From a virus (lineage: Duplodnaviria > Caudoviricetes): a stretch of 50,451 bases of DNA. Below, piece after piece: positions 35,713-44,822 of the stretch. Positions within the stretch are counted from its first letter, which is position 1. Each line of letters begins with the position of its first letter. Where the stretch lies: IMG/VR virus record IMGVR_UViG_3300031519_005637, positions 1 through 50,451 of that record, one strand, 5' to 3'. Below the pieces are notes generated by a model. The model was not told where the DNA came from. It saw only the letters and a list, made by a program, of their open reading frames with translations, and searched no databases. The position numbers were made by a program, and so were the translations under genes.

Positions 35713-36171
35713 ATGAGATTTTTGTTTAGCATAATCGTATTTATTACAGCGACATCCGTAAGTGCAAGCGATTTGACGTTTGACTTTAAAAGTCCTGCCT
35801 TTAGTGGCATTGGATATAGTAGTCATATTTTAACAATTGAACAGCTAGAAGCTAATCGTAAGCAAAAGATTAAAGACGACAAGCAGGCTGATCTTGACAA
35901 AGCAGAACGAGACCTAAAGTCGACTAACGCATACAAATTTAAGAACAACTTAGAGTCACGCATCTATGCAACTCTGTCAAAGCAGATTGCAGATAGTATG
36001 TTTGGTGAAGGTGCTACTATTATAGATAACGAATGGTACACTAGTGAAACACCTTTTGGTGACACAGTAAGTTGGAAGAGAGAGAACAATAGAATATATG
36101 TAAAAATTCTAGATAGTAATGGCAATGTTGTAGCAGAATTCGACGTACCAGTTGGGGAGTTTGCATTTTAA
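35713..36171 (+). CDS. csgF: Curli assembly protein CsgF
   Basis: Signal peptide, then LTFDFKSPAFSG; FKNNLESRIY; upstream of csgG; start after AAGGAG. Confidence 0.85.
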   Translation: MRFLFSIIVFITATSVSASDLTFDFKSPAFSGIGYSSHILTIEQLEANRKQKIKDDKQADLDKAERDLKSTNAYKFKNNLESRIYATLSKQIADSMFGEGATIIDNEWYTSETPFGDTVSWKRENNRIYVKILDSNGNVVAEFDVPVGEFAF

Positions 36172-36959
36172 TGAAATTTGCTATATTAGTAATGGCAGCA
36201 ATACTAACGCTCAGTGGTTGCGCAAGTGTGGTTAACATACCTGAGCCAGAAATGCCTGTTTTAGTAAGGAACACAAATACAGAGTTTCATAACTTGCCAG
36301 CGCCATTAACTGGCAAACTAGTAGCAGCAGTATACGGATTTACAGACAAGACAGGACAACGTAAGCCTAGTGATAAGATGGCCAACATTAGTACAGCCGT
36401 TACACAAGGTTCAGAAGTGTGGTTAATTAAGGCACTGCAAGAAGTTGGCAAAGGGCAATGGTTTCAAGTAGTAGAGCGTGTGGGCTTAGATAATTTAACA
36501 AAAGAACGTCAGATTATCCGCCAAGCAAGAGAAAGCGTAGGAGATGAAAGACAGTTAAAACCTATGTTGTTTGCTGGTGTAATAATAGAGGGCGGGATCA
36601 TAGGGTATGATTCCAATGTACTAACTGGCGGTGCTGGTGTTAGATATTTAGGTATAGGGCCTAGCACACAATATCGACAGGACATTGTTACAGTAACTAT
36701 GCGTATGACTAGTACACAAACAGGCGAAGTGTTGTTAAGCGTAAGTACTACTAAAACAATTATTAGTTCAGGCAGTAGTATGACAGTGTTTAAGTTCTTT
36801 GATATGGGCACAGAAAGTTTTGAAGCAGAAGCAGGACACACTATTAACGAGCCAGTAAACTATGCAGTAAGAGTAGCAATTGAACAATCAGTTGTTGAAT
36901 TAATAAAAGAAGGCGAAAAACGTAACCTTTGGAAGTTTAAAGATGAAGAACTTGAATAA
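36171..36959 (+). CDS. csgG: Curli secretion channel CsgG
   Basis: Lipobox LSGC, AVYGFTDKTGQRK, STAVTQG, WFQVVER, LTKERQIIR, EGGIIGYD. Confidence 0.95.
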   Translation: MKFAILVMAAILTLSGCASVVNIPEPEMPVLVRNTNTEFHNLPAPLTGKLVAAVYGFTDKTGQRKPSDKMANISTAVTQGSEVWLIKALQEVGKGQWFQVVERVGLDNLTKERQIIRQARESVGDERQLKPMLFAGVIIEGGIIGYDSNVLTGGAGVRYLGIGPSTQYRQDIVTVTMRMTSTQTGEVLLSVSTTKTIISSGSSMTVFKFFDMGTESFEAEAGHTINEPVNYAVRVAIEQSVVELIKEGEKRNLWKFKDEELE

Positions 36960-36978
36960 ATAATTGAGGAATTAAGTA

Positions 36979-36998
36979 GGTGTAAAATTATTTACACC
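36979..36998. promoter_or_regulatory. Perfect inverted repeat, candidate operator
   Basis: GGTGTAAA-ATTA-TTTACACC, just upstream of a TAAATA box. Confidence 0.45.
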
Positions 36999-37061
36999 AA
37001 GGTAGGTAAATACAACGTATAGTAGTAAAGGGATTACTATGCAAACAAGGGGGCAAAATAT

Positions 37062-37712
37062 ATGTCAAAATTAAATAGAATGGTATTACCATTCCTGGTT
37101 GGGCTGCTGTGGACAACGGCAACAATAGCCAGTGATGTCTACATCGATCAGGCAGGTTCTACAACTACGATTGACATCACCCAGACAGGATCGGGCAACA
37201 CTGTTGGTAGTAGTGGTACAGCAAGTACTATTATTGGTGACAATAGTAATATCGATCTTGTACAAACAGGATCAAATAACACAGCTGATATTGAAACAGC
37301 AGTAGGTGCAAGTGGTACTACTATCGACTACACTGCAACTGGTGGAACTAACATATTAGACGTTGATATTAGTGCAGCAACAGATACTACATTAACAACA
37401 ACAGTCACAGGTGACAGCAACGAAGTAACACTATGTGGTTCGTTAGCTACAAATGCAACAGCAGTATCAAGTGCATCTTGTGCAACTGAACTATCTGCTA
37501 ACTCAACAACTACTAACCTAGCTATTACAGGCGACAGTAACAAAGTAGCAGTTGGTGCAGATTCAGCTAGTGCTGTAAACAACATTACACTTGGTGCTAA
37601 CACTGTTAGTGACTTGAATGTTGTTAACTTATCACAAACAGGGTCAGGCGTGCCTGTAGTGACACTTAACGTTGATGGTGATTCCAATGCCGTTAACATC
37701 ACACAAAACTAA
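37062..37712 (+). CDS. Curlin-repeat protein (CsgA/B-like)
   Basis: Signal peptide; repeated I-x-Q-x-G-x-x-N / G-D-S-N beta-solenoid units. Confidence 0.8.
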   Translation: MSKLNRMVLPFLVGLLWTTATIASDVYIDQAGSTTTIDITQTGSGNTVGSSGTASTIIGDNSNIDLVQTGSNNTADIETAVGASGTTIDYTATGGTNILDVDISAATDTTLTTTVTGDSNEVTLCGSLATNATAVSSASCATELSANSTTTNLAITGDSNKVAVGADSASAVNNITLGANTVSDLNVVNLSQTGSGVPVVTLNVDGDSNAVNITQN

Positions 37713-38787
37713 ACTACTAGCGTTCACACTAGGGGTACTTTTATTAGTACCCCTATCCGTGTTTGCAAAAGTAGGCGAAATTACAAAACAAATTGGTCAA
37801 GACGGCAGCATCTCAAGAGATAAAGATACCATTGTAACTAATGAAGGCGTAGGTATCAATATGAATGATGCTATTACAACTTCAAAAGCTAAACTAGAAC
37901 TTACATTTGATGACAATACTAAGGTATCAATAACACGACAAAGTAAACTAGTCATTGATGACTTTGTATATGATGCTACCAGTGGCACAGGTAAACTAGC
38001 AATGAATGTTGCAATGGGCACGGTACGGTATGCATCAGGTGCTATTGCTAGGAACAGTAGAGAAAACGTTAGACTAAGAACTCCCACAGCAACTATCGCA
38101 GTACGTGGTACAGACTTTACTATGACAGTGGACGAGATAGGACGCAGTCTTGTTATCCTATTGCCTAGTTGTCCTACTCCAACAACGTGCTTCACAGGAG
38201 AAATTGAAGTTAGTACAGACGTCGGCATAGTTTTACTAACCCAAGCATTTCAAGCAACTGTTGTTACTAGTAAAGATGCAAAACCTACGAAACCAAAAAT
38301 ACTTGATATACTAGAACAGAACATTGACAATATGTTAATTATTAGCCCACCTAAAGAACTACCTGGTGGTATGGCATATATAGATCAAGCAGACGAAGCT
38401 AGTTTTTTAGAAGATGATGCATTTATATTTGAAGACTTAATTACAGAATATCTAGAAGACGAGTTAGCATACGGCGAGCTTGACATTGACTTTTTAGACT
38501 TTGAGTTCCTTGATAATATTCTAGACCTAACTAATATGTTAGCCGACGATGAACTAGCTATAGATCCTGTGTTGCCAAACATACATCAGTTTAAAAGCTA
38601 CATACAGTACAGCTATAATGAAGAAGGTATATTCTTATTTGCTGAACGTCCGCCGCACGTTACACAAATAAGGATGGAACGCTTTGTATACGGCTATGTA
38701 AATATAACTATGGACGGAATTGAAGCACCGCTTATGATCAACGATGGAGGTACAGATGTTATCATTAATATCACGCAGTCTAACTAG
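37672..38787 (+). CDS. FecR-domain protein with acidic region
   Basis: Signal/TM segment; D.I.T, LTFDD.T, TPTATIAVRGTDF, GEIEV; exact start uncertain. Confidence 0.85.
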   Translation: MMVIPMPLTSHKTKLLAFTLGVLLLVPLSVFAKVGEITKQIGQDGSISRDKDTIVTNEGVGINMNDAITTSKAKLELTFDDNTKVSITRQSKLVIDDFVYDATSGTGKLAMNVAMGTVRYASGAIARNSRENVRLRTPTATIAVRGTDFTMTVDEIGRSLVILLPSCPTPTTCFTGEIEVSTDVGIVLLTQAFQATVVTSKDAKPTKPKILDILEQNIDNMLIISPPKELPGGMAYIDQADEASFLEDDAFIFEDLITEYLEDELAYGELDIDFLDFEFLDNILDLTNMLADDELAIDPVLPNIHQFKSYIQYSYNEEGIFLFAERPPHVTQIRMERFVYGYVNITMDGIEAPLMINDGGTDVIINITQSN

Positions 38788-39748
38788 TGCCTTAGTAATA
38801 CTATGCTTTGCTACAAGCGCAATGGCTGACACTGGTACTCCTGTAATGAATGTAAGTGGACAAGGTAGTGACTATATCTTTGTATACCAAGGAAATGATA
38901 CAGCAACATACGCAGACTTATCAGCTTTAGGCAATTCAATTATTGGATGGACTGCTACTTGCACATCAGGAAGCTGTACAGTAGGAGATGTGTTATACGT
39001 CGGTGGTGTTGGCGGCAATGAGCACAATGACTACTTATTCTTATATACAGAGGATAGCGATGGCAATGTTGCTTATCCAGTATCGGGAGCTTGGTACAGT
39101 TTTGAAGCACCAGCAGCAGCAACACCCACTCCTGTGTACGGGAGCACCGCACTAACAACAGCGCAGCAATCTAGAGTAGATGCTGCATTAGCTGCATACA
39201 ACTCAGGGCAAGGTGATACAGTTGAAGCAACCATAGTCGGTGATGAAAATCTAGTAAACATTATACAAGCTGGAGGCGTAAGTTATTTAAACTTAATGAT
39301 TAGCGGTAATCTTAATTCATTTGATTCTGAACAGGATGTAGCTCCAGGCTCGCACGGATACATCGAGGCTACTATAATTGGCGACAGCAATGATGTTGAT
39401 ATATTACAAAAAGGCAGAGCCGTCGACGGCACTGGCAATAAAGCAGCCATAGTTACTATAACAGGAGATAGTAATACTGTTGATATAAGGCAACACGGTC
39501 TTGGTGATAAGTTTGTAGACTTAGAAATTACCGGCGATGATCACACTGCTAGTATATTTCAAAATGGTGCTGGTAATCATTCTGCTAGAGTGGCGCTTGA
39601 CGGCACACAACCTTGGAACTTTGACCTAACACAAAAAGGCGCAACTGATCAAACATATACACTACCACACGCAATGAGTGATGGCAGCAGTGTAAGCGGA
39701 ACTTGTATGGCTATCGGCGGCTGTAATTTAACTATCGTCCAGCAATAG
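38744..39748 (+). CDS. Secreted protein with C-terminal curlin repeats
   Basis: Signal peptide; GDENLVNIIQ, GDSNDVDILQ, GDSNTVDIRQ, GDDHTASIFQ. Confidence 0.8.
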   Translation: MEVQMLSLISRSLTSALVILCFATSAMADTGTPVMNVSGQGSDYIFVYQGNDTATYADLSALGNSIIGWTATCTSGSCTVGDVLYVGGVGGNEHNDYLFLYTEDSDGNVAYPVSGAWYSFEAPAAATPTPVYGSTALTTAQQSRVDAALAAYNSGQGDTVEATIVGDENLVNIIQAGGVSYLNLMISGNLNSFDSEQDVAPGSHGYIEATIIGDSNDVDILQKGRAVDGTGNKAAIVTITGDSNTVDIRQHGLGDKFVDLEITGDDHTASIFQNGAGNHSARVALDGTQPWNFDLTQKGATDQTYTLPHAMSDGSSVSGTCMAIGGCNLTIVQQ

Positions 39749-39762
39749 CAATAAATACTGTT

Positions 39763-39933
39763 ATGGAGCAGCGCAATGTTATTGAGAAGAAACTACAAGA
39801 GTCGGAATCACTGTTAGTACATCATCATCTAAAAACTCGTAACAACGCTCAAGAACCATATTGTCCAGTAGTGACCTACGACGGAATAACAAAGAACCCG
39901 GATTACAAGCAACGACCAATTCGGCACTATTAA
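39763..39933 (+). CDS. Small hypothetical protein (56 aa, not in ORF track)
   Basis: MEQRNVIEKKLQES...RPIRHY; ATG 5 nt after TAAATA; fills the gap before the cyclase. Confidence 0.5.
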   Translation: MEQRNVIEKKLQESESLLVHHHLKTRNNAQEPYCPVVTYDGITKNPDYKQRPIRHY

Positions 39934-39945
39934 AGGATTTAAAAG

Positions 39946-41985
39946 ATGAAAAGATTACTAAGCCCTTGGTGGGCATTATTAACCTTAGCAGCATTAGTTT
40001 ACGTGTTTGCAACACCGACTAACTTTATACAAAGTATCAAACTAAACTACTTTGATCAATTAATTATTAGTCAAGAACCAGTAGAGAATAATATCTATGT
40101 TGCAGAGATAGACGAAGCAGCACTAGAACTGTACGGACAGTATCCATTTCCACGCAACATATACAGCGACATTATCAAAGACTTATATAACAGAGGCGCA
40201 GGCTTAGTTGTATGGAATGTAATGATGCCTGAGCCAGATCGCTTTGGAGGTGATGTTGAACTATCTGAAACTATGTTAGCATTGCCAGTTATCCTTGCTA
40301 GTCGTCCTAGTGACAAAACAAAGAACCAACCTATCAATCCAGGTGCCGCAATAATCAACTCAGACTACTTGGACACTATACTGCCTTATGGCGGTATAAT
40401 TGCAAACATACCTATACTAGAAAACAACTCAGTAGGCGCAGGAATTGTAAGCACAGAACCAGAGATAGATGGTGTAGTGCGCCGTATGCCTACGGTTGCT
40501 GTTGTAGACGGAGTATTGTATCCAAGTCTAGCACTAGAAACATTACGTGTTATAGCAGGCGATCCTAGCTTTCAAATCAAACTAAGTCCAATTGGCATAG
40601 ACAAAATGCGTATACCACAGTTTGGTATTATTCCCACAGATGCACAAGGCAGAGTATGGATAGACTGGAGTCAGCGCAACAAGAGCGCAAGCATAACTAA
40701 CTTACCAGATGACCTTGAAGGCGCTGTTGTTATTGTAGATGTAACAGCAGCAGGTATTGCTAATCCTGTACCAACAGCAATGGGCGCACAGTTTGCAGGC
40801 ACAACGCAAGCAGCAGTACTAGGAACTATGTTTGCCGGTACAAATATACAACGCCCTCAATGGGCAACACAAGCAGAGCTACTAGCACTTGTGATAGGAG
40901 GCTTGCTACTAATTGTATTAAGTCGTTGGATGCTTGTAGGGCTTGCTACAACGGTTGTATTGGTAGGTAGCGTAGTTCCTTATTCAATGTATGCATACGC
41001 AACAGACAAGCTGTTACTAGACGTTACAGCACCAGTTATTACATTTGTGCTAATTGCATTACAAGTGTATGGTATTAAGTTTGTGCGTGAGTTCTTAGAG
41101 AAGCAAGCAATTAAGAAACAGTTTGCAGGATATGCATCTCCTACTGTTGTTAAGATGTTACAAGAAAATCCAAGTCTAATCAAAGACGGTCAGAAGAAAG
41201 AAGTTAGTATTGTGTTCTCAGACTTGCGAGGCTTTACTCCATTAGGCGAAAGTTTCGGCGATGACGTTAAAGGCTTAACAACTATTATGAACGGGTATAT
41301 GGATGCTATCACCGAGCCTGTGTTAGATGCAGATGGAATGATTATTAAGTACATAGGTGATGCAAGTATGCACATACACAATGCACCCATAGACGATGTA
41401 CAACATCCGCGCACAGCAGTACAGTGCGGATTAGATATGCTTAAAGCAGTGGAGAAATTTAATGAAGAGATCATCTTACCCCAAGGACGACCACCTGTTG
41501 GAATGGGCGCGGGAATTAACAGTGGACTGGGTTACATTGGGGAGATGGGATCAACTGCTAGACACAGTTATGACATCCTTGGAGACGCCGTCAGCACAGC
41601 CGCAAGAATTGAAAGCAAATGCAAAGAATACGGATGCGTCCTCTTAGTAGGCGGAGCAACTGTAGAACAGTGTAAGAAAGAGTTCTTCTTCTTAAAAATA
41701 GACGACTTGGCTGTTAAAGGCAAAACAGTTGGTATTAGTATCTACACAGTGCTAGATGATGTTAAACCGCATTACAAAGCAAGTAAGCGTAGACACGAAG
41801 ATATGCACAAAATGTATCAACAACAAAGATTCCAAGAAGCAATCGAAATGTGTACTAAGTTAAAGCCACAGTTTGAAAGTAAGATGGAAGGGTATTATGA
41901 TATGTGGATTGAACGCTGTGAGTATATGCTAACACAGGACTTGCCTAAGGACTGGAATGGCGTGTTTATTGCCACGTCGAAATGA
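39946..41985 (+). CDS. CHASE2-domain class III adenylate cyclase
   Basis: IDE..YPFPR, DGVVRR, PSLA (CHASE2); three TMs; FSDLRGFT, KYIGDA, GINSG, YDILGDAVSTAARIE. Confidence 0.94.
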   Translation: MKRLLSPWWALLTLAALVYVFATPTNFIQSIKLNYFDQLIISQEPVENNIYVAEIDEAALELYGQYPFPRNIYSDIIKDLYNRGAGLVVWNVMMPEPDRFGGDVELSETMLALPVILASRPSDKTKNQPINPGAAIINSDYLDTILPYGGIIANIPILENNSVGAGIVSTEPEIDGVVRRMPTVAVVDGVLYPSLALETLRVIAGDPSFQIKLSPIGIDKMRIPQFGIIPTDAQGRVWIDWSQRNKSASITNLPDDLEGAVVIVDVTAAGIANPVPTAMGAQFAGTTQAAVLGTMFAGTNIQRPQWATQAELLALVIGGLLLIVLSRWMLVGLATTVVLVGSVVPYSMYAYATDKLLLDVTAPVITFVLIALQVYGIKFVREFLEKQAIKKQFAGYASPTVVKMLQENPSLIKDGQKKEVSIVFSDLRGFTPLGESFGDDVKGLTTIMNGYMDAITEPVLDADGMIIKYIGDASMHIHNAPIDDVQHPRTAVQCGLDMLKAVEKFNEEIILPQGRPPVGMGAGINSGLGYIGEMGSTARHSYDILGDAVSTAARIESKCKEYGCVLLVGGATVEQCKKEFFFLKIDDLAVKGKTVGISIYTVLDDVKPHYKASKRRHEDMHKMYQQQRFQEAIEMCTKLKPQFESKMEGYYDMWIERCEYMLTQDLPKDWNGVFIATSK

Positions 41986-42082
41986 TGAACACTATATTAA
42001 TTAATTCTACTATTAAAATACTAATGATAATAGCACAATAAACATCACAGTGCTTCCATAAAACATTAGCAACTTTATCCAA
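41966..42082 (-). CDS. Small TM peptide (38 aa, not in ORF track)
   Basis: GGAGG SD, TTG start; MDKVANVLWKHCDVYCAIIISILIVELINIVFIISTWQ. Confidence 0.45.
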   Translation of the reverse strand: MDKVANVLWKHCDVYCAIIISILIVELINIVFIISTWQ

Positions 42083-42113
42083 GGCGGACCTCCGTTGCTC
42101 TTTGCTGCAGATA

Positions 42114-42470
42114 CTACTTTTTTCCTGCACTGGTACTCCTTTGTTGGTCTGGCTTGCCGGTTGAATTAAATGTTTGGTTTTGACTTTGGTACTTGGCTAC
42201 AATCTCTTCTAGTTCAGCTTTACGTTTTTTGTCTAGTTTGCCTTGATGTTCTAGTACCATACTAAGTTTAGTGTTTAATCGAATCATATCGTTGTCCAAC
42301 ATACGTACACGATCAACAAGTTTAATAAGTGTACCCATACTAGCACCAATAACAGGATCAATGGTTTCAGTTACCCACTTCCAGATAAAGAATATAAAAT
42401 AGCCCATACCAAAAGCAGCAATGACTGGAAAGCCAAAGTCTTTGATCATATCAGCTATATTCATTTCCAT
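42114..42470 (-). CDS. Small membrane protein (YvrJ/holin-like), paralogue A
   Basis: FGFPVIAAFGMGYFIFF TM, then LVDRVRMLDND coiled coil. Confidence 0.7.
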   Translation of the reverse strand: MEMNIADMIKDFGFPVIAAFGMGYFIFFIWKWVTETIDPVIGASMGTLIKLVDRVRMLDNDMIRLNTKLSMVLEHQGKLDKKRKAELEEIVAKYQSQNQTFNSTGKPDQQRSTSAGKK

Positions 42471-42748
42471 TATTTTAGTGTCCTTTTAATCCACAAATAA
42501 ATTGCATACACTACTAATAGGTATGCTGTGGCTATTGTAACATCTACCATATGTTCTCGCATATTATAGATAAATTCTATGCCTGCCTGTACATCGCCCA
42601 TACCGGCAACATCATCTTCTATTGTAATAGTTTTAACTACTCCGGCGTCAGTAAACTCTACACCAACTCTGTCTGTTTCGGCGAAGCATTCAGTAATGCA
42701 ACCATCTTCGGATGACTCTACTGTTTGGTTAATATCTATATCTGACAT
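42470..42748 (-). CDS. Acidic protein with C-terminal TM
   Basis: 92 aa, coupled on both sides. Confidence 0.7.
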   Translation of the reverse strand: MSDIDINQTVESSEDGCITECFAETDRVGVEFTDAGVVKTITIEDDVAGMGDVQAGIEFIYNMREHMVDVTIATAYLLVVYAIYLWIKRTLK

Positions 42749-43026
42749 CAGTCTCTCCTTGCATCGTCCTTGCCTTCGTTAGCAGCTATTCTGTCTACAT
42801 TAGGCTTTACACCAAGAGCGTAACTCATTAGTGCATCTATCTTAACTAAGTCGTTGTTCATTGTTTGTACACGGTTATCTAACGAACCGATAATACCTTT
42901 AAGTGTATTAACACTATCAGTAACACCTGCTAAAATAAAACTAAGTGTTAAAAATACAAAATAGCCAGCAGCTAATGCTCCTGCAATTGGGAACCCTACT
43001 TCGCTTGCTAATGTTAAAAAATCCAT
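42748..43026 (-). CDS. Small membrane protein (YvrJ/holin-like), paralogue B
   Basis: VGFPIAGALAAGYFVF TM, then LDNRVQTMNND. Confidence 0.7.
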   Translation of the reverse strand: MDFLTLASEVGFPIAGALAAGYFVFLTLSFILAGVTDSVNTLKGIIGSLDNRVQTMNNDLVKIDALMSYALGVKPNVDRIAANEGKDDARRD

Positions 43027-43134
43027 AGATACCCTCTAATAAGTAAAAAGCGCCCTCACGCTTTAATTACTAGTATTTATACTCAGTTAACTTTAAATCT
43101 TAACTCCATAAATACTCCACCGAAGGGAATATCT

Positions 43135-43668
43135 ATGAAACATTGGTTAGGCACTACTATAATAGTTTTAATGGCGGCTTGTACGTCAACTGGACACACT
43201 ATAGAAAACATTACAGAACCTAGAAAACTTATTAATCTAGGTCCAATCAATCCTGTTTATCTAGCAGTACAGTACAACGGAATGCACGAACGCACAGATA
43301 GAGCAGAACTTAAAGAACTACTAGATGTAGATCCTGTGCGTACGGAATGGTGTGCTGCCTTTATTAATGCTGTACTTGAAGAAAGCAACATTGTGAGCAA
43401 CAACAGTCACAAGTACCCACTTACAGCAAGAGCGTTCTTAGATTGGGGAGATAGTATAACAAAAGAAAATATTCAACCCGGTGACATTGTAGTATTTCCA
43501 AGAGGCGATCAAGGATGGCAAGGACACGTAGGATTCTATTTAAAAACTCAAATAATTAACAAAGTTGAATACTATCTTATACTAGGAGGAAACCAATCAA
43601 GTCGTGTAAGCATACAAGCATATCGTTCTAATAATGCATTGGGCATTCGTAGAGATTCTCCTATATAA
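43135..43668 (+). CDS. TIGR02594/CHAP-like peptidoglycan hydrolase lipoprotein
   Basis: Lipobox MAAC; EWCAAF, PGDIVVF, GHVGF, LGGNQS. Confidence 0.88.
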   Translation: MKHWLGTTIIVLMAACTSTGHTIENITEPRKLINLGPINPVYLAVQYNGMHERTDRAELKELLDVDPVRTEWCAAFINAVLEESNIVSNNSHKYPLTARAFLDWGDSITKENIQPGDIVVFPRGDQGWQGHVGFYLKTQIINKVEYYLILGGNQSSRVSIQAYRSNNALGIRRDSPI

Positions 43669-43673
43669 AAAGG

Positions 43674-43702
43674 TTGACAAACTTCTAAATATCTAGTATA
43701 AT
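43674..43702 (+). promoter_or_regulatory. Sigma70-like promoter
   Basis: TTGACA-N17-TATAAT. Confidence 0.8.
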
Positions 43703-43733
43703 TAACTAATAGTCAAACTATTAAGGAGATACT

Positions 43734-44291
43734 ATGATTGAAGGTTTTAAGATTCCAAGTACAACATTTCGAGTTAGATCAGGCGACTCTGTTTTAGAAC
43801 AAGGTTGTAGTTTTGACGAAGGTACTTGGGCTACAGTTTCAACAGATGAATACTTTAAAGGTAAGCGTGTAGTATTGTTTAGTCTACCAGGCGCTTTTAC
43901 TCCAACGTGTTCGTCAACACAACTTCCAGGCTTTGAAACACATTACAAAGCAATTAAAACAATGGGCATTGATGAGATCTACTGTTGTTCAGTAAATGAT
44001 ACATTTGTTATGAACGCTTGGGCAGAAGTATTAGATATTAAAAATGTAAAAGTTATTCCAGATGGATCAGGCAACTTTACTCGCTTTATGGGTATGCTGG
44101 TTGGTAAGAATCACGTAGGCTTCGGAATGCGTAGCTGGCGTTATATGTGCGTTATTAATGACGGTATTGTAGAACAATGGTGGCAGGAGCCTGGGATTAA
44201 CAATGATGGTAGTGACTCAGATCCGTACGGTCAAACAACACCCGAAAATATGATGGACTACTTAGACACGGACGAAATATCAATTGACTGA
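43734..44291 (+). CDS. Peroxiredoxin, Prx5 type
   Basis: LPGAFTPTCS, SVNDTFVMNAW, GMRSWRY. Confidence 0.95.
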   Translation: MIEGFKIPSTTFRVRSGDSVLEQGCSFDEGTWATVSTDEYFKGKRVVLFSLPGAFTPTCSSTQLPGFETHYKAIKTMGIDEIYCCSVNDTFVMNAWAEVLDIKNVKVIPDGSGNFTRFMGMLVGKNHVGFGMRSWRYMCVINDGIVEQWWQEPGINNDGSDSDPYGQTTPENMMDYLDTDEISID

Positions 44292-44820
44292 ATACGAGTT
44301 TTATAATTGGGATAATCTTATTGGCGCAGATGCTAGGCAGCATTTGCGTACAGATATTGATCACGTAATTGACAATGGAAGTTACTGGACCAATAGCCCT
44401 CCCTATCAAACTAATATTAATGTTTTTGGATTGCCCAATGAACACTGGAACAATTTAAAAATGAGCTTTATTTGGAGTTGTTTTGCTTTTATGAAACAAG
44501 AACGCCAAATAAAAACTATTAAGAGTTGGGGATATAAAACTAATTTAGAAACACAAGAAGATAGAGACAACTATTGGCATCAACATATACGTGATGCCAA
44601 TATTGTTCTTAGTGGAGTTTATTATATTAAACTTCCTGAAAACGCAAACTTAGATACAAGTGGTACTGAGCTTGCACACACAACGCCAGAAGGTGATACA
44701 ACTTATGTTCCTGCAAAGCAAGGACATTGGTTGATATTTCCAGGTAAGACTTGGCATCGACCTGGCATACTTGAAAGCAACGATTGGCGGTATATTGTTG
44801 CTGCTGATATGGAGATATAA
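44284..44820 (+). CDS. 2OG-Fe(II) oxygenase-like protein
   Basis: WHQH, LSGVYY, IFPGKTWH, RYIV. Confidence 0.8.
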   Translation: MTEYEFYNWDNLIGADARQHLRTDIDHVIDNGSYWTNSPPYQTNINVFGLPNEHWNNLKMSFIWSCFAFMKQERQIKTIKSWGYKTNLETQEDRDNYWHQHIRDANIVLSGVYYIKLPENANLDTSGTELAHTTPEGDTTYVPAKQGHWLIFPGKTWHRPGILESNDWRYIVAADMEI

Positions 44821-44822
44821 TT

